A stretch of 63,631 nt of DNA, filler included, from Octopus bimaculoides (lineage: Eukaryota): the NCBI RefSeq assembly GCF_001194135.2. It is 4 parts of 4 records of this genome, joined end to end, with 100 filler letters (N's around TTAATTAATTAA, not from the genome) between each part and the next. Parts side by side here need not be neighbours in the genome. Positions count along the whole stretch, not along the records: positions 61,821 to 63,631 come from NC_069002.1; 3 more parts are not named here. One strand, given 5' to 3'. The notes beneath the pieces are model-generated. The model searched no databases and was not told the origin of the DNA. It worked only from the letters and a program-made list of their open reading frames with translations. The position numbers were made by a program, and so were the translations under genes. Below are positions 61,821-63,631 of this stretch, piece after piece. Numbering within the stretch: the stretch's first letter is position 1; every line of letters starts with the position of its first letter.

Positions 61821-63631
61821 GTACGTCCGTTCGGGCGGAACTCGAACGTACGTGCGTCGGTTCGTCCTCTCTCTGCACGCACGTCCGTTCAGGCGGAATT
61901 GTAACGTACGTGCGTACATTCGCCCTCGCCCTTCACGTACATCCGTTCAGGCGGAATTGTAACGTACGTGCGTCCATTGGGCCTCGCGCAGCATGTACGT
62001 ACGTTCGGGCGGAATTTGAACGTACGTGCGTCCGTTCGGCCTCCCCCTGCACGTACGTCGCTTCTGCCGGAATTGGAACGTACATGCGTCCATTCGGCCT
62101 CCCCCTGCACGTACGTCCGTTAGGAATTCGAACGTACGTGCGTCCGTTCGGCCTCCCGCTGCATGTACGTACGTTCGGGCGGAATTCGAACGTACGTGCG
62201 TCCGTTCGGCCTCCCCCTGCACGTACGTCGCTTCGGGCGGAATTGGAACGTACATGCGTCCATTCGGCCTCGCCCTGCACGTACGTCAAACGTGTGAAAT
62301 TCGAACGTACGTACGTCCGTTCGGGACTAATTGTAACGTGCGAGCGTCCCTTCGGCCTCACTCTGCACGTACGTCCGTTCGGTCTCGCTCTTCACGTACG
62401 TCCGTTCGGTGTCGCTCTGCACGTACGTCCGTTCGGCCTCTCTCTTCACGTACGTCCGTTCGGGCGGAATTTGGACGTTCATTAGTCCGTTCAGCCTCCC
62501 TCTGCACGTACGTTCGTTCGGAATTCGAATGTACGTGATTCCGTTCGGCCTCCCCCAGGATGTACGTACTTTCAGGCGGAATTCGAACGTACGTGCGTCC
62601 GTTCGGCCTTCCCCAGCACGTACGTCCGTTGGGGCGGAATTCGAATCTACGTGCGTCCGTTCGGCCTCTCCATGCACGTACGTCCGTTCGGGCTGAATTC
62701 CAACGTACATGCGTCCGTTCGGCCTCCCCCAGCACGTATGTCCGTTCGGGCGGAAATCGAACGTATGTGCGTCCATTCGACTCCCTCTGCACGTACGTCC
62801 GACGAACAGAATTCGAACGTACGTACGTCCGTTCGGCCTCGCGCTACACGTTCGTCCGGTCGGGCGGAATACGAACGTACGTGCGTCCGTTCGGGCTCCC
62901 TCTGCACGTACGTCCATTCGGGCGGAATTGGAACTATGTGCGTCCGTTCAACGTCCCTCTGCACGTACGTCCGTTCGGGCGGAATTGGAACGTACATGCG
63001 TCCGTTCGGCCTCGCCCTGCACGTAGGTTCGTTCAGGCGGCATTGTAACGTACGTGCGTCCATTCGGCCTCCCCCTGCACGTACGTCCGATCGGGCGGAA
63101 TTCCAACGTACATGCGTCCGTTCGGCCTCTCCCAGCACGTACGTCNNNNNNNNNNNNNNNNNNNNNNNNNNNNNNNNNNNNNNNNNNNNNNNNNNNNNNN
63201 NNNNNNNNNNNNNNNNNNNNNNNNNNNNNNNNNNNNNNNNNNNNNTCAGGCGGAATTTGAACGTACGTTCGTCCGTTTGGCCTCGCCCTGCCCGTACGTC
63301 CGTTCTGGTGGAATTGTAACGTACGTGCGTACATTCGGCCTCGCCCTGCACGTACGTCCGTTCAGGCGGAATTGTAACGTACGTGCGTACGTTCGTGCGG
63401 AATTCGAACGTACGTGCGTCCGTTCGGCCTCCCCCTGCACGTACGTCCCTTCGGCCGGAATTGGAACGTACATGCGTCCATTCGGCCTCGCCCTGCACGT
63501 ACGTCCAACGCGCGGAATTCGAACGTACGTACATCCGTTCGGCCTCCCCCTGCACGTACGTCCGTTCGGGCTTAATTGTAACGTGCCAGCGTCCCTTTGG
63601 CCTCGCTCTGCACGTACGTCCGTTCGGTCAG
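61821..63631. repeat. GC- and CpG-rich satellite, about 58-bp monomer
   Basis: Consensus by eye gcacgtacgtccgttcgggcggaattcgaacgtacgtgcgtccgttcggcctccccct; about 30 diverged units. Confidence 0.95.

Noticed and set aside
61889-63555. Long overlapping ORFs (up to 302 aa) in all frames
   Set aside because: Translations of a stop-poor satellite; open on both strands with repetitive peptides.
61821-63631. Resemblance to a CRISPR array (palindromic repeats)
   Set aside because: No unique spacers; the whole unit repeats; no cas genes; eukaryotic context.

Overview
AT-rich, microsatellite-dense eukaryotic DNA with many N gaps. It is most likely an octopus (coleoid cephalopod) draft assembly; this is inferred from the recalled SINE families and the repeat landscape, not from a database search. 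Three identical 100-bp spacers (N44-TTAATTAATTAA-N44) show the window is four concatenated scaffolds (1-26631, 26732-43410, 43511-61720, 61821-63631), so adjacency across them is not biological. I can support no intact protein-coding gene; most ORF-track entries are translations of simple repeats, SINEs or Ns. What is supported: about 20 copies of a tRNA-derived SINE with an internal microsatellite (family C), two further tRNA-derived SINEs (A, B), other short dispersed repeats (D, E, F), three decayed Tc1/mariner-superfamily transposons (maT-type D37D, mariner D34D, Tc1-like), MITEs, and CR1-like and RTE-like LINE fragments. The most notable signals are several minimal hammerhead-ribozyme-like motifs (Penelope/retrozyme type) that repeatedly sit in fold-back structures, a CpG-rich 58-bp hairpin-forming satellite with higher-order structure, an exact in-place inversion of a SINE 3' tail, SINE 3'-module swapping, and a 72-nt pre-miRNA-sized hairpin.
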